From: Auanema rhodensis | Lineage: Eukaryota; Animalia; Nematoda | NCBI GenBank assembly: GCA_964057225.1 | Contig: OZ059898.1 | Span: forward strand, 2,356,001 to 2,420,000 | Direction: 5' to 3' | Length of the DNA: 64,000 bases | Shown: in pieces, positions 12,801 through 28,078 of the stretch | How positions within the stretch are numbered: position 1 is the first letter of the stretch | How the letters are laid out: every line of letters starts with the position of its first letter | The notes under the pieces: model-generated | What the model saw: only the letters and a program-made list of their open reading frames with translations | The model's database searches: none | Told to the model about the DNA's origin: nothing | Program-made: the position numbers and the translations under genes

Positions 12801-15444
12801 GGAAGCAATGTTGAGTGTACATGGAAACTCAACATACACTAATGCATCATTTTTCAAACGATCATTACTAATTTTTGTATTAAGCGTTTCTCAATGTAGT
12901 ATAGTGCATTCGATGCGGATTTTTAAGCTGCGTCGATCTGTGTTATCAGATTTGCGCTAGCTTAAAAATGCACCGAGATATCAACTGATATAAGTTCACA
13001 CTTATATCCTCGATTTTCACCCTGAAGAATTAATTTTTTCGTTGAATAACATTGTCCATCGTCTTTGCCTTGAAAAATGGAATCTAAAAACATCTACTTT
13101 TTGCTAAATTATTTTGAAATTTTTCGAAAAAATTTTTGTCAAAATGTTTTTGGAAGCAATGTTGAGTGTACATGGAAACTCAACATACACTAATGCATCA
13201 TTTTTCAAACGATCATAACTAATTTTTGTATTAAGCGTTTCTCAATGTAGTATAGTGCATTCGATGCGGATTTTTAAGCTGCGTCGATCTGTGTTATCAG
13301 ATTTGCGCTAGCTTAAAAATGCACCGAGATATCAACTGATATAAGTTCACACTTATATCCTCGATTTTCACCCTGAAGAATTAATTTTTTCGTTGAATAA
13401 CATTGTCCATCGTCTTTGCCTTGAAAAATGGAATCTAAAAACATCTACTTTTTGCTAAATTATTTTGAAATTTTTCGAAAAAATTTTTGTCAAAATGTTT
13501 TTGGAAGCAATGTTGAGTGTACATGGAAACTCAACATACACTAATGCATCATTTTTCAAACGATCATTACTAATTTTTGTATTAAGCGTTTCTCAATGTA
13601 GTATAGTGCATTCGATGCGGATTTATAAGCTGCGTCGATCTGTGTTATCAGATTTGCGCTAGCTTAAAAATGCACCGAGATATCAACTGATATAAGTTCA
13701 CACTTATATCCTCGATTTTCACCCTGAAGAATTAATTTTTTCGTTGAATAACATTGTCCATCGTCTTTGCCTTGAAAAATGGAATCTAAAAACATCTACT
13801 TTTTGCTAAATTATTTTGAAATTTTTCGAAAAAATTTTTGTCAAAATGTTTTTGGAAGCAATGTTGAGTGTACATGGAAACTCAACATACACTAATGCAT
13901 CATTTTTCAAACGATCATAACTAATTTTTGTATTAAGCGTTCTTCAATGTAGTATAGTGCATTCGATGCGGATTTTTAAGCTGCGTCGATCTGTGTTATC
14001 AGATTAGCGCTAGCTTAAAAATGCACCGAGATATCAACTGATATAAGTTCACACTTATATCCTCGATTTTCACCCTGAAGAATTAATTTTTTCGTTGAAT
14101 AACATTGTCCATCGTCTTTGCCTTGAAAAAAGGAATCTAAAAACATCTACTTTTTGCTAAATTATTTTGAAATTTTTCGAAAAAATTTTTGTCAAAGTGT
14201 TTTTGGAAGCAATGTTGAGTGTACATGGAAACTCAACATACACTAATGCATCATTTTTCAAACGATCATAACTAATTTTTGTATCAAGCGTTTCTTAATG
14301 TAGTATAGTGCATTCGATCCGGATTTTTAAGCTGCGTCGATCTGTGTTATCAGATTTGCGCTAGCTTAAAAATGCACCGAGATATCAACTGAGATAAGTT
14401 CACACTTATATCCTCGATTTTCACCCTGAAGAATTAATTTTTTCGTTGAATAACATTGTCCATCGTCTTTGCCTTGAAAAATGGAATCTAAAAACATCTA
14501 CTTTTTGCTAAATTATTTTGAAATTTTTCGAAAAAATTTTTGTCAAAATGTTTTTGGAAGCAATGTTGAGTGTACATGGAAACTCAACATACACTAATGC
14601 ATCATTTTTCAAACGATCATAACTAATTTTTGTATCAAGCGTTTCTTAATGTAGTATAGTGCATTCGATCCGGATTTTTAAGCTGCGTCGATCTGTGTTA
14701 TCAGATTTGCGCTAGCTTAAAAATGCACCGAGATATCAACTGATATAAGTTCACACTTATATCCTCGATTTTCACCCTGAAGAATTAATTTTTTCGTTGA
14801 ATAACATTGTCCATCGTCTTTGCCTTGAAAAATGGAATCTAAAAACATCTACTTTTTGCTAAATTATTTTGAAATTTTTCGAAAAACTTTTTGTCAAAAT
14901 GTTTTTGGAAGCAATGTTGAGTGTACATGGAAACTCAACATACACTAATGCATCATTTTTCAAACGATCATTACTAATTTTTGTATTAAGCGTTTCTCAA
15001 TGTAGTATAGTGCATTCGATGCGGATTTTTAAGCTGCGTCGATCTGTGTTATCAGATTTGCGCTAGCTTAAAAATGCACCGAGATATCAACTGATATAAG
15101 TTCACACTTATATCCTCGATTTTCACCCTGAAGAATTAATTTTTTCGTTGAATAACATTGTCCATCGTCTTTGCCTTGAAAAATGGAATCTAAAAACATC
15201 TACTTTTTGCTAAATTATTTTGAAATTTTTCGAAAAAATTTTTGTCAAAATGTTTTTGGAAGCAATGTTGAGTGTACATGGAAACTCAACATACACTAAT
15301 GCATCATTTTTCAAACGATCATAACTAATTTTTGTATTAAGCGTTTCTCAATGTAGTATAGTGCATTCGATGCGGATTTTTAAGCTGCGTCGATCTGTGT
15401 TATCAGATTTGCGCTAGCTTAAAAATGCACCGAGATATCAACTG
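9829..15444 (+). repeat. Local pentameric higher-order repeat (1755 bp x3, one extra monomer at 13339-13689)
   Basis: The order [GATTAGCG][CAAAGTG][AGATAAG start][AAAAACTTTT + CATTAC][consensus] starts at 9829, 11584 and 13690. The 'FEKLF' ORFs at 11008, 12763 and 14869 are spaced 1755 and 2106 bp. Confidence 0.88.
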
Positions 15445-17550
15445 ATATAAGTTCACACTTATATCCTCGATTTTCACCCTGAAGAATTAATTTTTTCGTT
15501 GAATAACATTGTCCATCGTCTTTGCCTTGAAAAAGGGAATCTAAAAACATCTACTTTTTGCTAAATTATTTTGAAATTTTTCGAAAAAATTTTTGTCAAA
15601 ATGTTTTTGGAAGCAATGTTGAGTGTACATGGAAACTCAACATACACTAATGCATCATTTTTCAAACGATCATTACTAATTTTTGTATTAAGCGTTTCTC
15701 AATGTAGTATAGTGCATTCGATGCGGATTTTTAAGCTGCGTCGATCTGTGTTATCAGATTTGCGCTAGCTTAAAAATGCACCGAGATATCAACTGATATA
15801 AGTTCACACTTATATCCTCGATTTTCACCCTGAAGAATTAATTTTTTCGTTGAATAACATTGTCCATCGTCTTTGCCTTGAAAAATGGAATCTAAAAACA
15901 TCTACTTTTTGCTAAATTATTTTGAAATTTTTCGAAAAAATTTTTGTCAAAATGTTTTTGGAAGCAATGTTGAGTGTACATGGAAACTCAACATACACTA
16001 ATGCATCATTTTTCAAACGATCATAACTAATTTTTGTATTAAGCGTTTCTCAATGTAGTATAGTGCATTCGATGCGGATTTTTAAGCTGCGTCGATCTGT
16101 GTTATCAGATTTGCGCTAGCTTAAAAATGCACCGAGATATCAACTGATATAAGTTCACACTTATATCCTCGATTTTCACCCTGAAGAATTAATTTTTTCG
16201 TTGAATAACATTGTCTATCGTCTTTGCCTTGAAAAATGGAATCTAAAAACATCTACTTTTTGCTTAATTATTTTGAAATTTTTCGAAAAAATTTTTGTCA
16301 AAATGTTTTTGGAAGCAATGTTGAGTGTACATGGAAACTCAACATACACTAATGCATCATTTTTCAAACGATCATTACTAATTTTTGTATTAAGCGTTTC
16401 TCAATGTAGTATAGTGCATTCGATGCGGATTTTTAAGCTGCGTCGATCTGTGTTATCAGATTTGCGCTAGCTTAAAAATGCACCGAGATATCAACTGATA
16501 TAAGTTCACACTTATATCCTCGATTTTCACCCTGAAGAATTAATTTTTTCGTTGAATAACATTGTCCATCGTCTTTGCCTTGAAAAATGGAATCTAAAAA
16601 CATCTACTTTTTGCTAAATTATTTTGAAATTTTTCGAAAAAATTTTTGTCAAAATGTTTTTGGAAGCAATGTTGAGTGTACATGGAAACTCAACATACAC
16701 TAATGCATCATTTTTCAAACGATCATAACTAATTTTTGTATTAAGCGTTTCTCAATGTAGTATAGTGCATTCGATGCGGATTTTTAAGCTGCGTCGATCT
16801 GTGTTATCAGATTTGCGCTAGCTTAAAAATGCACCGAGATATCAACTGATATAAGTTCACACTTATATCCTCGATTTTCACCCTGAAGAATTAATTTTTT
16901 CGTTGAATAACATTGTCCATCGTCTTTGCCTTGAAAAAGGGAATCTAAAAACATCTACTTTTTGCTAAATTATTTTGAAATTTTTCGAAAAAATTTTTGT
17001 CAAAATGTTTTTGGTAGCAATGTTGAGTGTACATGGAAACTCAACATACACTAATGCATCATTTTTCAAACGATCATTACTAATTTTTGTATTAAGCGTT
17101 TCTCAATGTAGTATAGTGCATTCGATGCGGATTTTTAAGCTGCGTCGATCTGTGTTATCAGATTTGCGCTAGCTTAAAAATGCACCGAGATATCAACTGA
17201 TATAAGTTCACACTTATATCCTCGATTTTCACCCTGAAGAATTAATTTTTTCGTTGAATAACATTGTCCATCGTCTTTGCCTTGAAAAATGGAATCTAAA
17301 AACATCTACTTTTTGCTAAATTATTTTGAAATTTTTCGAAAAAATTTTTGTCAAAATGTTTTTGGAAGCAATGTTGAGTGTACATGGAAACTCAACATAC
17401 ACTAATGCATCATTTTTCAAACGATCATAACTAATTTTTGTATTAAGCGTTTCTCAATGTAGTATAGTGCATTCGATGCGGATTTTTAAGCTGCGTCGAT
17501 CTGTGTTATCAGATTTGCGCTAGCTTAAAAATGCACCGAGATATCAACTG
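14743..17550 (+). repeat. Local dimeric alternation (702 bp x4)
   Basis: GATCATTAC monomers (14743, 15445, 16147, 16849) alternate with consensus monomers. ORF ends 15066, 15768, 16470 and 17172 are 702 bp apart. Confidence 0.8.
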
Positions 17551-19303
17551 ATATAAGTTCACACTTATATCCTCGATTTTCACCCTGAAGAATTAATTTT
17601 TTCGTTGAATAACATTGTCCATCGTCTTTGCCTTGAAAAATGGAATCTAAAAACATCTACTTTTTGCTTAATTATTTTGAAATTTTTCGAAAAAATTTTT
17701 GTCAAAATGTTTTTGGAAGCAATGTTGAGTGTACATGGAAACTCAACATACACTAATGCATCATTTTTCAAACGATCATAACTTATTTTTGTAACAAGCG
17801 TTTCTTAATGTAGTATAGTGCATTCGATGCGGATTTTTAAGCTGCGTCGATCTGTGTTATCAGATTTGCGCTAGCTTAAAAATGCACCGAGATATCAACT
17901 GATATAAGTTCACACTTATATCCTCGATTTTCACCCTGAAGAATTAATTTTTTCGTTGAATAACATTGTCCATCGTCTTTGCCTTGAAAAATGGAATCTA
18001 AAAACATCTACTTTTTGCTAAATTATTTTGAAATTTTTCGAAAAAATTTTTGTCAAAATGTTTTTGGAAGCAATGTTGAGTGTACATGGAAACTCAACAT
18101 ACACTAATGCATCATTTTTCAAACGATCATAACTTATTTTTGTAACAAGCGTTTCTCAATGTAGTATAGTGCATTCGATGCGGATTTTTAAGCTGCGTCG
18201 ATCTGTGTTATCAGATTTGCGCTAGCTTAAAAATGCACCGAGATATCAACTGATATAAGTTCACACTTATATCCTCGATTTTCTACCTGAAGAATTAATT
18301 TTTTCGTTGAATAACATTGTCCATCGTCTTTGCCTTAAAAAATTGAATCTAAAAACATCTACTTTTTGCTAAATTATTTTGAAATTTTTCGAAAAAATTT
18401 TTGTCAAAATGTTTTTGGAAGCAATGTTGAGTGTACATGGAAACTCAACATACACTAATGCATCATTTTTCAAACGATCATAACTTATTTTTGTAACAAG
18501 CGTTTCTTAATGTAGTATAGTGCATTCGATGCGGATTTTTAAGCTGCGTCGATCTGTGTTATCAGATTTGCGCTAGCTTAAAAATGCACCGAGATATCAA
18601 CTGATATAAGTTCACACTTATATCCTCGATTTTCACCCTGAAGAATTAATTTTTTCGTTGAATAACATTGTCCATCGTCTTTGCCTTGAAAAATGGAATC
18701 TAAAAACATCTACTTTTTGCTAAATTATTTTGAAATTTTTGAAAAAATTTTTGTCAAAATGTTTTTGGAAGCAATGTTGAGTGTACATGGAAACTCAACA
18801 TACACTAATGCATCATTTTTCAAACGATCATAACTTATTTTTGTAACAAGCGTTTCTTAATGTAGTATAGTGCATTCGATGCGGATTTTTAAGCTGCGTC
18901 GATCTGTGTTATCAGATTTGCGCTAGCTTAAAAATGCACCGAGATATCAACTGATATAAGTTCACACTTATATCCTCGATTTTCACCCTGAAGAATTAAT
19001 TTTTTCGTTGAATAACATTGTCCATCGTCTTTGCCTTGAAAAATGGAATCTAAAAACATCTACTTTTTGCTAAATTATTTTGAAATTTTTGAAAAAATTT
19101 TTGTCAAAATGTTTTTGGAAGCAATGTTGAGTGTACATGGAAACTCAACATACACTAATGCATCATTTTTCAAACGATCATAACTTATTTTTGTAACAAG
19201 CGTTTCTTAATGTAGTATAGTGCATTCGATGCGGATTTTTAAGCTGCGTCGATCTGTGTTATCAGATTTGCGCTAGCTTAAAAATGCACCGAGATATCAA
19301 CTG

Positions 19304-22300
19304 ATATAAGTTCACACTTATATCCTCGATTTTCACCCTGAAGAATTAATTTTTTCGTTGAATTACATTGTCCATCGTCTTTGCCTTGAAAAATGGAATC
19401 TAAAAACATCTACTTTTTGCTAAATTATTTTGAAATTTTTCGAAAAAATTTTTGTCAAAATGTTTTTGGAAGCAATGTTGAGTGTACATGGAAACTCAAC
19501 ATACACTAATGCATCATTTTTCAAACGATCATAACTTATTTTTGTAACAAGCGTTTCTCAATGTAGTATAGTGCATTCGATGCGGATTTTTAAGCTGCGT
19601 CGATCTGTGTTATCAGATTTGCGCTAGCTTAAAAATGCACCGAGATATCAACTGATATAAGTTCACACTTATATCCTCGATTTTCTACCTGAAGAATTAA
19701 TTTTTTCGTTGAATAACATTGTCCATCGTCTTTGCCTTAAAAAATTGAATCTAAAAACATCTACTTTTTGCTAAATTATTTCGAAATTTTTCGAAAAAAG
19801 TTTTGTCAAAATGTTTTTGGAAGCAATGTTGAGTGTACATGGAAACTCAACATACACTAATGCATCATTTTTCAAACGATCATAACTAATTTTTGTATTA
19901 AGCGTTCTTCAATGTAGTATAGTGCATTCGATCCGGATTTTTAAGCTGCGTCGATCTGTGTTATCAGATTTGCGCTAGCTTAAAAATGCACCGAGATATC
20001 AACTGATATAAGTTCACACTTATATCCTCGATTTTCACCCTGAAGAATTAATTTTTTCGTTGAATAACATTGTCCATCGTCTTTGCCTTGAAAAATGAAA
20101 TCTAAAAACATCTACTTTTTGCTAAATTATTTTGAAATTTTTCGAAAAAATTTTTGTCAAAATGTTTTTGGAAGCAATGTTGAGTGTACATGGAAACTCA
20201 ACATACACTAATGCATCATTTTTCAAACGAATATAACTAATTTTTGTATCAAGCGTTTCTCAATGTAGTATAGTGCATTCGATCCGGATTTTTAAGCTGC
20301 GTCGATCTGTGTTATCAGATTTGCGCTAGCTTAAAAATGCACCGAGATATCAACTGATATAAGTTCACACTTATATCCTCGATTTTCACCCTGAAGAATT
20401 AATTTTTTCGTTGAATAACATTGTCCATCGTCTTTGCCTTGAAAAATGAAATCTAAAAACATCTACTTTTTGCTAAATTATTTTGAAATTTTTCGAAAAA
20501 ATTTTTGTCAAAATGTTTTTGGAAGCAATGTTGAGTGTACATGGAAACTCAACATACACTAATGCATCATTTTTCAAACGAATATAACTAATTTTTGTAT
20601 CAAGCGTTTCTCAATGTAGTATAGTGCATTCGATCCGGATTTTTAAGCTGCGTCGATCTGTGTTATCAGATTTGCGCTAGCTTAAAAATGCACCGAGATA
20701 TCAACTGATATAAGTTCACACTTATATCCTCGATTTTCACCCTGAAGAATTAATTTTTTCGTTGAATAACATTGTCCATCGTCTTTGCCTTGAAAAATGG
20801 AATCTAAAAACATCTACTTTTTGCTAAATTATTTTGAAATTTTTCGAAAAAATTTTTGTCAAAATGTTTTTGGAAGCAATGTTGAGTGTACATGGAAACT
20901 CAACATACACTAATGCATCATTTTTCAAACGATCATAACTTATTTTTGTAACAAGCGTTTCTTAATGTAGTATAGTGCATTCGATGCGGATTTTTAAGCT
21001 GCGTCGATCTGTGTTATCAGATTTGCGCTAGCTTAAAAATGCACCGAGATATCAACTGATATAAGTTCACACTTATATCCTCGATTTTCACCCTGAAGAA
21101 TTAATTTTTTCGTTGAATAACATTGTCCATCGTCTTTGCCTTGAAAAATGGAATCTAAAAACATCTACTTTTTGCTTAATTATTTTGAAATTTTTCGAAA
21201 AAATTTTTGTCAAAATGTTTTTGGAAGCAATGTTGAGTGTACATGGAAACTCAACATACACTAATGCATCATTTTTCAAACGATCATAACTTATTTTTGT
21301 AACAAGCGTTTCTTAATGTAGTATAGTGCATTCGATGCGGATTTTTAAGCTGCGTCGATCTGTGTTATCAGATTTGCGCTAGCTTAAAAATGCACCGAGA
21401 TATCAACTGATATAAGTTCACACTTATATCCTCGATTTTCACCCTGAAGAATTAATTTTTTCGTTGAATTACATTGTCCATCGTCTTTGCCTTGAAAAAT
21501 GGAATCTAAAAACATCTACTTTTTGCTAAATTATTTTGAAATTTTTCGAAAAAATTTTTGTCAAAATGTTTTTGGAAGCAATGTTGAGTGTACATGGAAA
21601 CTCAACATACACTAATGCATCATTTTTCAAACGATCATAACTTATTTTTGTAACAAGCGTTTCTCAATGTAGTATAGTGCATTCGATGCGGATTTTTAAG
21701 CTGCGTCGATCTGTGTTATCAGATTTGCGCTAGCTTAAAAATGCACCGAGATATCAACTGATATAAGTTCACACTTATATCCTCGATTTTCTACCTGAAG
21801 AATTAATTTTTTCGTTGAATAACATTGTCCATCGTCTTTGCCTTAAAAAATTGAATCTAAAAACATCTACTTTTTGCTAAATTATTTCGAAATTTTTCGA
21901 AAAAAGTTTTGTCAAAATGTTTTTGGAAGCAATGTTGAGTGTACATGGAAACTCAACATACACTAATGCATCATTTTTCAAACGATCATAACTAATTTTT
22001 GTATTAAGCGTTCTTCAATGTAGTATAGTGCATTCGATCCGGATTTTTAAGCTGCGTCGATCTGTGTTATCAGATTTGCGCTAGCTTAAAAATGCACCGA
22101 GATATCAACTGATATAAGTTCACACTTATATCCTCGATTTTCACCCTGAAGAATTAATTTTTTCGTTGAATAACATTGTCCATCGTCTTTGCCTTGAAAA
22201 ATGAAATCTAAAAACATCTACTTTTTGCTAAATTATTTTGAAATTTTTCGAAAAAATTTTTGTCAAAATGTTTTTGGAAGCAATGTTGAGTGTACATGGA

Positions 22301-23515
22301 AACTCAACATACACTAATGCATCATTTTTCAAACGAATATAACTAATTTTTGTATCAAGCGTTTCTCAATGTAGTATAGTGCATTCGATCCGGATTTTTA
22401 AGCTGCGTCGATCTGTGTTATCAGATTTGCGCTAGCTTAAAAATGCACCGAGATATCAACTGATATAAGTTCACACTTATATCCTCGATTTTCACCCTGA
22501 AGAATTAATTTTTTCGTTGAATAACATTGTCCATCGTCTTTGCCTTGAAAAATGAAATCTAAAAACATCTACTTTTTGCTAAATTATTTTGAAATTTTTC
22601 GAAAAAATTTTTGTCAAAATGTTTTTGGAAGCAATGTTGAGTGTACATGGAAACTCAACATACACTAATGCATCATTTTTCAAACGAATATAACTAATTT
22701 TTGTATCAAGCGTTTCTCAATGTAGTATAGTGCATTCGATCCGGATTTTTAAGCTGCGTCGATCTGTGTTATCAGATTTGCGCTAGCTTAAAAATGCACC
22801 GAGATATCAACTGATATAAGTTCACACTTATATCCTCGATTTTCACCCTGAAGAATTAATTTTTTCGTTGAATAACATTGTCCATCGTCTTTGCCTTGAA
22901 AAATGGAATCTAAAAACATCTACTTTTTGCTAAATTATTTTGAAATTTTTCGAAAAAATTTTTGTCAAAATGTTTTTGGAAGCAATGTTGAGTGTACATG
23001 GAAACTCAACATACACTAATGCATCATTTTTCAAACGATCATAACTTATTTTTGTAACAAGCGTTTCTTAATGTAGTATAGTGCATTCGATGCGGATTTT
23101 TAAGCTGCGTCGATCTGTGTTATCAGATTTGCGCTAGCTTAAAAATGCACCGAGATATCAACTGATATAAGTTCACACTTATATCCTCGATTTTCACCCT
23201 GAAGAATTAATTTTTTCGTTGAATAACATTGTCCATCGTCTTTGCCTTGAAAAATGGAATCTAAAAACATCTACTTTTTGCTAAATTATTTTGAAATTTT
23301 TCGAAAAAATTTTTGTCAAAATGTTTTTGGAAGCAATGTTGAGTGTACATGGAAACTCAACATACACTAATGCATCATTTTTCAAACGATCATAACTTAT
23401 TTTTGTAACAAACGTTTCTTAATGTAGTATAGTGCATTCGATGCGGATTTTTAAGCTGCGTCGATCTGTGTTATCAGATTTGCGCTAGCTTAAAAATGCA
23501 CCGAGATATCAACTG
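19304..23515 (+). repeat. Local hexameric higher-order repeat (2106 bp x2)
   Basis: The order [GAATTAC][TTCTACC + AAAAGTTT][TGAAATC + CGAATATA]x2[ACTTAT..TAAC]x2 starts at 19304 and again at 21410. Confidence 0.85.
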
Positions 23516-26500
23516 ATATAAGTTCACACTTATATCCTCGATTTTCACCCTGAAGAATTAATTTTTTCGTTGAATTACATTGTCCATCGTCTTTGCCTTG
23601 AAAAATGGAATCTAAAAACATCTACTTTTTGCTAAATTATTTTGAAATTTTTCGAAAAAATTTTTGTCAAAATGTTTTTGGAAGCAATGTTGAGTGTACA
23701 TGGAAACTCAACATACACTAATGCATCATTTTTCAAACGATCATAACTAATTTTTGTATTAAGCGTTTCTCAATGTAGTATAGTGCATTCGATGCGGATT
23801 TTTAAGCTGCGTCGATCTGTGTTATCAGATTTGCGCTAGCTTAAAAATGCACCGAGATATCAACTGATATAAGTTCACACTTATATCCTCGATTTTCACC
23901 CTGAAGAATTAATTTTTTCGTTGAATAACATTGTCCATCGTCTTTGCCTTGAAAAATGGAATCTAAAAACATCTACTTTTTGCTAAATTATTTTGAAATT
24001 TTTCGAAAAAATTTTTGTCAAAATGTTTTTGGAAGCAATGTTGAGTGTACATGGAAACTCAACATACACTAATGCATCATTTTTCAAACGATCATAACTT
24101 ATTTTTGTAACAAGCGTTTCTTAATGTAGTATAGTGCATTCGATGCGGATTTTTAAGCTGCGTCGATCTGTGTTATCAGATTTGCGCTAGCTTAAAAATG
24201 CACCGAGATATCAACTGATATAAGTTCACACTTATATCCTCGATTTTCACCCTGAAGAATTAATTTTTTCGTTGAATAACATTGTCCATCGTCTTTGCCT
24301 TGAAAAATGGAATCTAAAAACATCTACTTTTTGCTAAATTATTTTGAAATTTTTCGAAATAATTTTTGTCAAAATGTTTTTGGAAGCAATGTTGAGTGTA
24401 CATGGAAACTCAACATACACTAATGCATCATTTTTCAAACGATCAGAACTTATTTTTGTAACAAGCGTTTCTTGATGTAGTATAGTGCATTCGATGCGGA
24501 TTTTTAAGCTGCGTCGATCTGTGTTATCAGATTTGCGCTAGCTTAAAAATGCACCGAGATATCAACTGATATAAGTTCACACTTATATCCTCGATTTTCA
24601 CCCTGAAGAATTAATTTTTTCGTTGAATTACATTGTCCATCGTCTTTGCCTTGAAAAATGGAATCTAAAAACATCTACTTTTTGCTAAATTATTTTGAAA
24701 TTTTTCGAAAAAATTTTTGTCAAAATGTTTTTGGAAGCAATGTTGAGTGTACATGGAAACTCAACATACACTAATGCATCATTTTTCAAACGATCATAAC
24801 TAATTTTTGTATTAAGCGTTTCTCAATGTAGTATAGTGCATTCGATGCGGATTTTTAAGGTGCGTCGATCTGTGTTATCAGATTTGCAATAGCTTAAAAA
24901 TGCACCGAGATATCAACTGATATAAGTTCACACTTATATCCTCGATTTTCACCCTGAAGAATTAATTTTTTCGTTGAATAACATTGTCCATCGTCTTTGC
25001 CTTGAAAAATGGAATCTAAAAACATCTACTTTTTGCTAAATTATTTTGAAATTTTTCGAAAAAATTTTTGTCAAAATGTTTTTGGAAGCAATGTTGAGTG
25101 TACATGGAAACTCAACATACACTAATGCATCATTTTTCAAACGATCATAACTAATTTTTGTATTAAGCGTTTCTCAATGTAGTATAGTGCATTCGATGCG
25201 GATTTTTAAGCTGCGTCGATCTGTGTTATCAGATTTGCAATAGCTTAAAAATGCACCGAGATATCAACTGATATAAGTTCACACTTATATCCTCGATTTT
25301 CACCCTGAAGAATTAATTTTTTCGTTGAATTACATTGTCCATCGTCTTTGCCTTGAAAAATGGAATCTAAAAACATCTACTTTTTGCTAAATTATTTTGA
25401 AATTTTTCGAAAAAATTTTTGTCAAAATGTTTTTGGAAGCAATGTTGAGTGTACATGGAAACTCAACATACACTAATGCATCATTTTTCAAACGATCATA
25501 ACTAATTTTTGTATCAAGCGTTTCTTAATGTAGTATAGTGCATTCGATGCGGATTTTTAAGCTGCGTCGATCTGTGTTATCAGATTTGCGCTAGCTTAAA
25601 AATGCACCGAGATATCAACTGATATAAGTTCACACTTATATCCTCGATTTTCACCCTGAAGAATTAATTTTTTCGTTGAATAACATTGTCCATCGTCTTT
25701 GCCTTGAAAAAAGGAATCTAAAAACATCTACTTTTTGCTAAATTATTTTGAAATTTTTCGAAAAAATTTTTGTCAAAATGTTTTTGGAAGCAATGTTGAG
25801 TGTACATGGAAACTCAACATACACTAATGCATCATTTTTCAAACGATCATAACTAATTTTTGTATTAAGCGTTTCTCAATGTAGTATAGTGCATTCGATG
25901 CGGATTTTTAAGCTGCGTCGATCTGTGTTATCAGATTTGCGCTAGCTTAAAAATGCACCGAGATATCAACTGATATAAGTTCACACTTATATCCTCGATT
26001 TTCACCCTGAAGAATTAATTTTTTCGTTGAATAACATTGTCCATCGTCTTTGCCTTGAAAAAAGGAATCTAAAAACATCTACTTTTTGCTAAATTATTTT
26101 GAAATTTTTCGAAAAAATTTTTGTCAAAATGTTTTTGGAAGCAATGTTGAGTGTACATGGAAACTCAACATACACTAATGCATCATTTTTCAAACGATCA
26201 TAACTAATTTTTGTATCAAGCGTTTCTTAATGTAGTATAGTGCATTCAATCCGGATTTTTAAGTTGCGTCGATCTGTGTTATCTGATTTGCGCTAGCTTA
26301 AAAATGCACCGAGATATCAACTGATATAAGTTCACACTTATATCCTCGATTTTCACCCTGAAGAATTAATTTTTTCGTTGAATAACATTGTCCATCGTCT
26401 TTGCCTTGAAAAATGGAATCTAAAAACATCTACTTTTTGCTAAATTATTTTGAAATTTTTCGAAAAAATTTTTGTCAAAATGTTTTTGGAAGCAATGTTG

Positions 26501-28078
26501 AGTGTACATGGAAACTCAACATACACTAATGCATCATTTTTCAAACGATCATAACTTATTTTTGTAACAAGCGTTTCTCAATGTAGTATAGTGCATTCGA
26601 TGCGGATTTTTAAGCTGCGTCGATCTGTGTTATCAGATTTGCGCTAGCTTAAAAATGCACCGAGATATCAACTGATATAAGTTCACACTTATATCCTCGA
26701 TTTTCTACCTGAAGAATTAATTTTTTCGTTGAATAACATTGTCCATCGTCTTTGCCTTAAAAAATTGAATCTAAAAACATCTACTTTTTGCTAAATTATT
26801 TTGAAATTTTTCGAAAAAATTTTTGTCAAAATGTTTTTGGAAGCAATGTTGAGTGTACATGGAAACTCAACATACACTAATGCATCATTTTTCAAACGAT
26901 CATAACTAATTTTTGTATTAAGCGTTTCTCAATGTAGTATAGTGCATTCGATGCGGATTTTTAAGCTGCGTCGATCTGTGTTATCAGATTTGCGCTAGCT
27001 TAAAAATGCACCGAGATATCAACTGATATAAGTTCACACTTATATCCTCGATTTTCACCCTGAAGAATTAATTTTTTCGTTGAATTACATTGTCCATCGT
27101 CTTTGCCTTGAAAAATGGAATCTAAAAACATCTACTTTTTGCTAAATTATTTTGAAATTTTTCGAAAAAATTTTTGTCAAAATGTTTTTGGAAGCAATGT
27201 TGAGTGTACATGGAAACTCAACATACACTAATGCATCATTTTTCAAACGATCATAACTAATTTTTGTATTAAGCGTTTCTCAATGTAGTATAGTGCATTC
27301 GATGCGGATTTTTAAGCTGCGTCGATCTGTGTTATCAGATTTGCGCTAGCTTAAAAATGCACCGAGATATCAACTGATATAAGTTCACACTTATATCCTC
27401 GATTTTCACCCTGAAGAATTAATTTTTTCGTTGAATAACATTGTCCATCGTCTTTGCCTTGAAAAAAGGAATCTAAAAACATCTACTTTTTGCTAAATTA
27501 TTTTGAAATTTTTCGAAAAAATTTTTGTCAAAATGTTTTTGGAAGCAATGTTGAGTGTACATGGAAACTCAACATACACTAATGCATCATTTTTCAAACG
27601 ATCATAACTAATTTTTGTATCAAGCGTTTCTTAATGTAGTATAGTGCATTCGATCCGGATTTTTAAGCTGCGTCGATCTGTGTTATCAGATTTGCGCTAG
27701 CTTAAAAATGCACCGAGATATCAACTGATATAAGTTCACACTTATATCCTCGATTTTCACCCTGAAGAATTAATTTTTTCGTTGAATAACATTGTCCATC
27801 GTCTTTGCCTTGAAGAATGGAATCTAAAAACATCTACTTTTTGCTAAATTATTTTGAAATTTTTCGAAAAAATTTTTGTCAAAATGTTTTTGGAAGCAAT
27901 GTTGAGTGTACATGGAAACTCAACATACACTAATGCATCATTTTTCAAACGATCATAACTAATTTTTGTATCAAGCGTTTCTTAATGTAGTATAGTGCAT
28001 TCGATCCGGATTTTTAAGCTGCGTCGATCTGTGTTATCAGATTTGCGCTAGCTTAAAAATGCACCGAGATATCAACTG

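Noticed and set aside
7147-17172. Plus-strand 65-89 aa ORFs (MKFFEKIF...)
   Set aside because: They start at TTG and appear only where SNP 230 A>T removes a TAA; the 89-aa ORF also needs 119 A>T. About 95% of monomers retain the stop. There is no recognisable domain, and the residue composition mirrors the A/T tracts.
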